From the IMG/VR virus record IMGVR_UViG_3300020207_000023, positions 1 through 62,038 of that record: a stretch of DNA of 62,038 nt; one strand, written 5' to 3'. This DNA is from a virus. Lineage: Duplodnaviria; Caudoviricetes. Shown piece after piece: positions 58,353 through 62,038 of the stretch (position 1 is its first letter; each line of letters starts with the position of its first letter). The notes below the pieces were generated by a model. The model worked only from the letters and a program-made list of their open reading frames with translations, was not told the DNA's origin and made no database searches. The position numbers were made by a program, and so were the translations under genes.

Positions 58353-58739
58353 CTAGTCTGGCTTTGTAGGCCACACTACATCGTCAAGGGAAGTGTAGCT
58401 GTCGGTAATATCCCGCAATGCTTGGCGGTAAGCATGGCGAGCCTCGTTGGAATTCACATCCTGCAATGCCCACCAATCAGTCTCAGCCAACCTACGGTCA
58501 CGCTCAGCACGGAGGGCTTTCATAGGCTCCGCCGCATTAAGCTCTTTTAATTTATTGTTTACTTGCGTCCATGTTACGCCCCAATCAGCACTGTTAGCAG
58601 ATTCAATGGCAGAGCCATTCTCATCCGCGCCAGTTACCTTGCGAAACATTTCCTTAAACTCTGCCGCGCTTGTCGGCTCACCACGCAACACCCATTCGGT
58701 GATGCCGAGTTCGGTAAGTGCTTCTGCTATACTTGCCAT
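58353..58739 (-). CDS. Tail fibre assembly chaperone
   Basis: LRAERDRRLAETDW..YRQALRDI..WPTKP. Confidence 0.8.
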   Translation of the reverse strand: MASIAEALTELGITEWVLRGEPTSAAEFKEMFRKVTGADENGSAIESANSADWGVTWTQVNNKLKELNAAEPMKALRAERDRRLAETDWWALQDVNSNEARHAYRQALRDITDSYTSLDDVVWPTKPD

Positions 58740-58767
58740 TTTGTTTTACTCCTATTAAACAAAGCCG

Positions 58768-59457
58768 CTATGTTTTCACGCCAAATACAGTGACATTTCC
58801 ATCAACAGGAGCAAATGTAGCGGATGCGGTAATATCGGTTCCATTGGCGGCACCAACAACCACTCCCATTCTTATGTCTGTTGCGGATGCGGCGTCACCA
58901 ACATCCTCGCTAGAGCCTGAGTCCTCGAACCACTTATTAGCTTCAGAATCTTGCTGATACATAATACATCTACTTTTTATAGCCGTGGGAATAGAGCTAG
59001 AAAATGGATTCATAATAATACACTCTCCACTAAAATACTCATTTGCAACACTACCAAGAGAGGCGTGGATTTGATGCACACCTTGTGAGCTAAAATACCA
59101 GTGTTTGCCATCACCCGATGAACTATTTAGCTGAGAATATTGCATAGCACCTCTTACGGCAGTGCTTGTTGATATAAGAGTTCCTCCGTTACCAAAACGA
59201 ATATAAAGATAAGCTCCAGTGGTTCCGGGACGGTTTACTCTATAAAAAACTTGGTAATAATCATAATTAGCAGAAAAACACCCATTTATATGAAGTGCAT
59301 CAATAGCGGCGGTAGTGGCTGACACAGAGCCAACATGGGTCATGCCAACATTGATTGGCGGATTGTTGAAACTAACATTACCAGTCGCGTCAATCGTCAT
59401 CGCGGTGTTGCTGTTCGTTGGGTCTTGGATTGTGGAGACTTTTAATATGCTCGTCAT
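58768..59457 (-). CDS. Short tail fibre-like protein
   Basis: MTSILKVSTI start. Confidence 0.6.
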   Translation of the reverse strand: MTSILKVSTIQDPTNSNTAMTIDATGNVSFNNPPINVGMTHVGSVSATTAAIDALHINGCFSANYDYYQVFYRVNRPGTTGAYLYIRFGNGGTLISTSTAVRGAMQYSQLNSSSGDGKHWYFSSQGVHQIHASLGSVANEYFSGECIIMNPFSSSIPTAIKSRCIMYQQDSEANKWFEDSGSSEDVGDAASATDIRMGVVVGAANGTDITASATFAPVDGNVTVFGVKT

Positions 59458-59948
59458 TGTGCAATCCCCAATACTGTAATAGTCCAACCTTTGTGGTCAT
59501 AGTAAATCGAATTTGCATAGGTAGATGTGCCATCAGCTTTTCTAAAATAGACCTTATAGGTATGGTCACCTGTTCCCAAATTAGAATCTATGCCCTGCAA
59601 ACACACTTGGTCATAAACTTCGGTGCCGCCTGCAACAACCCCAAGCTGAGACCGTATAAGTTCTGAAGTAGACGGAGCCGACCTTTCCAACTTCCAGTCT
59701 ACGAAGGCATGGGTGTTTTTATTCACCCGAAACGAGCCACTAGCCACAACAATAATTTTACTCAATTTTGCTACAGTCGCGGCGGGAACAGTGATTTCAG
59801 AGCCGTTTACGATAAACGCGGTTGAAGTGCTTGTAAGTGAATTATCGGCTCCAAGTTTGTTTCCATCGGCATATATAACATGACCCGGAATCTGCACACC
59901 GTTGCCGCTAGTCTTCTCGTTAATGGTATCGACATAGAGCGTACTCAT
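59454..59948 (-). CDS. Short tail fibre-tip paralog
   Basis: MSTLYVDTINEKTSGNGVQIPGHV start. Confidence 0.6.
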   Translation of the reverse strand: MSTLYVDTINEKTSGNGVQIPGHVIYADGNKLGADNSLTSTSTAFIVNGSEITVPAATVAKLSKIIVVASGSFRVNKNTHAFVDWKLERSAPSTSELIRSQLGVVAGGTEVYDQVCLQGIDSNLGTGDHTYKVYFRKADGTSTYANSIYYDHKGWTITVLGIAQ

Positions 59949-60490
59949 TGTGCGATCTCCATTGCATACATCCAAGATTGAAGACCACCAACATTTATAA
60001 TGGCTGAACTCGTTCCACTATAGACAATCCATTGCAAACTATAAGTTCTTGCGTTTGTTGAACCAGCACTTAAATCTGCTGTATGTCCTAGTTGATGGTA
60101 AGTATCACTATTTCCATGATATGTTTCATAAGAGGGGTTTGCAGATCCCCAAACAACAGTGCTACCTTCTAAAAGTCTAGTAGAAATTCCGTGAGTTGCT
60201 ACATGATAAACATTAACTTGCCATATCACATGAATTTTAGATGTGGAATATTTAGGTGTCATAGTTAGTGTGGGGGTGGCTAGAGCAACCCAAGAAGTTG
60301 ATCCAGTTGTATATTGAGTGTTAGAATAACTTATAGGTGTTACTTGAACCACACTCCCCGCTGGCATCGTTGCGCCATTTGGTATGGTGACACTGTTGGG
60401 GAAAGTTACCAGCCCACTGCTACTATTGATATCAATAGCCGAGGTTCCCGCCGCATTGTTTATCTGATCTACATTTAATATCGAAGCCAT
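59945..60490 (-). CDS. Short tail fibre-tip paralog
   Basis: MASILNVDQI, TPKYSTSKI, MEIAQ. Confidence 0.65.
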   Translation of the reverse strand: MASILNVDQINNAAGTSAIDINSSSGLVTFPNSVTIPNGATMPAGSVVQVTPISYSNTQYTTGSTSWVALATPTLTMTPKYSTSKIHVIWQVNVYHVATHGISTRLLEGSTVVWGSANPSYETYHGNSDTYHQLGHTADLSAGSTNARTYSLQWIVYSGTSSAIINVGGLQSWMYAMEIAQ

Positions 60491-60497
60491 TTATGCC

Positions 60498-61226
60498 TCA
60501 CAGTATTGTTAAGTTGCCATCGACCGTAATAGTCACCGACGAATCTATCGTCAACGGACCAATAGCCAAAGCATTTTTAGTTGACCCTATAGTCGTATTC
60601 TGCGTAACCGATTGGTTATTCGTACGGAATACAGCCGTATCAACCGTTGTATTTGTCGTTTGAAACTGCGGTGCTGTAATTTCACCACTGAAAGTTCCAC
60701 CCGATGCCTTACTTACTGTATCAGTAACTGTGAAAGCGCGAAAGGCTCTAATCACTAATTCATCACTTGCCGACGCACCACTAGCCAGCGTAATCGTATC
60801 ACCATTACTAGGGGTATAATCAGTGCTATCTAAATGCACACCATTCAAATACACATCTACATCATTGCCGCTAAACGCTAATATCGCGCCATTATAATCA
60901 GCACCAGTAAAAACTGTCTGGCTGGCAGTCGCTACATACTTAAATAACTGCATAGCGTATGACAGGGGCTGGTCTACAGCGCGACCAAAGTAACGGACAG
61001 TAATTACATCGCCGTTAGCGGGCGCGGCAGAAAAAGTAAGTGTATTGCCATAAGCTGTATAAGCGGCACTAGATCCAGGCTCTTGCACTACATTACCAAT
61101 AGTGACAATGATAGCCTCACCACTGGCTACATACTGTGCCAGTGTAAATGCGGTCGTACTCCCATCACCAGTGAACTGCTGGAATGTGATGTCGCCTACA
61201 TTTGGGTCTATTCCTATATATGCCAT
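60498..61226 (-). CDS. Tail fibre base/adaptor protein
   Basis: MAYIG start, FTGDGSTTAFTL, VYLNGV motifs. Confidence 0.65.
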   Translation of the reverse strand: MAYIGIDPNVGDITFQQFTGDGSTTAFTLAQYVASGEAIIVTIGNVVQEPGSSAAYTAYGNTLTFSAAPANGDVITVRYFGRAVDQPLSYAMQLFKYVATASQTVFTGADYNGAILAFSGNDVDVYLNGVHLDSTDYTPSNGDTITLASGASASDELVIRAFRAFTVTDTVSKASGGTFSGEITAPQFQTTNTTVDTAVFRTNNQSVTQNTTIGSTKNALAIGPLTIDSSVTITVDGNLTIL

Positions 61227-61228
61227 TA
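61124..61228. repeat. Second copy of the 105-bp repeat at 1-105
   Basis: Exact identity. Confidence 0.95.
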
Positions 61229-61615
61229 TGGTTTCTCCGGCCACACAACATCGTCTAATGATGCGTAGTTCTGTGGCACATCTCGTAATGCTTGGCGATA
61301 ATCAAGTTGAGCTTGCGTAGCGGTTCTGTCCGGAGCAACCATCCAGTCCGAGGCCGCCAATCGTCTATCACGCTCTTCCCGCAAAAACCGCAAAGGCTTT
61401 TCCGTAACAAGCGCGTCCATCTTTGCGGAAATCTCACCCCAAGTGACACCAAAATCTGCGGGGTCGGTACTTTCAGTAGCAATACCGTTTTCATCTGCGC
61501 CAGTGAGTTTTACAAAAGACGCATTAAATTCCGCTTCAGTTGTAGGTTCGCCTTCTAATTTATAATTCTCAACACCCAAAGCAATTAGCGCATCGGAAAC
61601 AAATACATTACTCAT
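61226..61615 (-). CDS. Tail fibre assembly chaperone, paralog of 58353-58739
   Basis: LREERDRRLAASDW..YRQALRDV..WPEKP. Confidence 0.8.
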   Translation of the reverse strand: MSNVFVSDALIALGVENYKLEGEPTTEAEFNASFVKLTGADENGIATESTDPADFGVTWGEISAKMDALVTEKPLRFLREERDRRLAASDWMVAPDRTATQAQLDYRQALRDVPQNYASLDDVVWPEKP

Positions 61616-62037
61616 TGGCGTATCTCCGTTGCGACAATATGAAGAGGTGCTGTCCAACCCCAGTTACTATTGTTACCGTTTGAGTGGCAGAACAATGTGT
61701 TGTTTGTACCTTCACTGCTGTAATAAAAGCCATAGGTGACGGAACTCGTAGTGCTGGGTTCATCGACGCCAATAAGTGTGTATTGATTCATATCATTCAC
61801 ATCATAGCCGTTGTTGCTTCTAGCAAAAGCAGACTGCATTAAGTTACGAGTACCTAAAGCACCACCTGTTGTGGAAAAGTCATAATATGTGCCACTAACC
61901 AACCGGAAAGGCTTAAATCCGAACAAAATGTTTGCCGCTCCCGTTGGGTTGAGCGGAATGGCGTAAGTTACAACAATTTTACTGTTAGAAAACTTAGGCG
62001 TAAAGGTTAGACGAAAGTTGTTATGAACCTCAGTCCA
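61612..62037 (-). CDS. 5'-truncated tail fibre-tip paralog
   Basis: Frame open to window edge; FTPKFSNSKIV, DEPSTTSSVTY, EIRQ. Confidence 0.65.
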   Translation of the reverse strand, partial: WTEVHNNFRLTFTPKFSNSKIVVTYAIPLNPTGAANILFGFKPFRLVSGTYYDFSTTGGALGTRNLMQSAFARSNNGYDVNDMNQYTLIGVDEPSTTSSVTYGFYYSSEGTNNTLFCHSNGNNSNWGWTAPLHIVATEIRQ

Positions 62038-62038
62038 A

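Noticed and set aside
1251-61558. Many plus-strand and nested ORFs in the track
   Set aside because: Shadows of minus-strand genes without motifs; only 42608-44044 is credible on plus.
57807-62038. Diversity-generating retroelement or invertase shufflon for tail genes
   Set aside because: No reverse transcriptase, no adenine-only mismatched repeat pair, no recombinase, all cassettes co-oriented.
1-62038. Prophage/lysogeny module, tRNA or rRNA genes
   Set aside because: No integrase, att-like host junction or convincing cloverleaf seen; a tRNA scan was not run.

Overview
A near-complete (about 61.1 kb, apparently circularly permuted) genome of a podovirus-like tailed phage resembling uncultured marine phages; the host cannot be read from the sequence. 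Nearly all genes are on the minus strand, the exception being an SNF2 helicase. Modules: head/packaging (TerS, TerL, portal, GroES, scaffold, major capsid), tail and receptor-binding paralog arrays, internal virion proteins, holin and lysozyme, replication (PolA, SF1 helicase, primase, SSB-like), and a thymidine-modification cluster (dUMP hydroxymethylase-like synthase, 5-hmdU DNA kinase/aGPT-Pplase1, TAGT/JGT-like glycosyltransferase, SPASM radical SAM, Nmad1-like and HD nucleotide hydrolases). The most striking signal is a 733-bp stretch (19605-20337), read by eye, with no GA and no TC dinucleotide. It holds a whole gene whose 175-aa product has no Asp or Glu, whose ribosome-binding site is also GA-free, and which is a paralog of a nearby normally encoded gene (20823-21272). 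I infer a modification-free or defence-invisible bootstrap cassette linked to context-specific T hypermodification. Family names are from motif recognition, not database searches.
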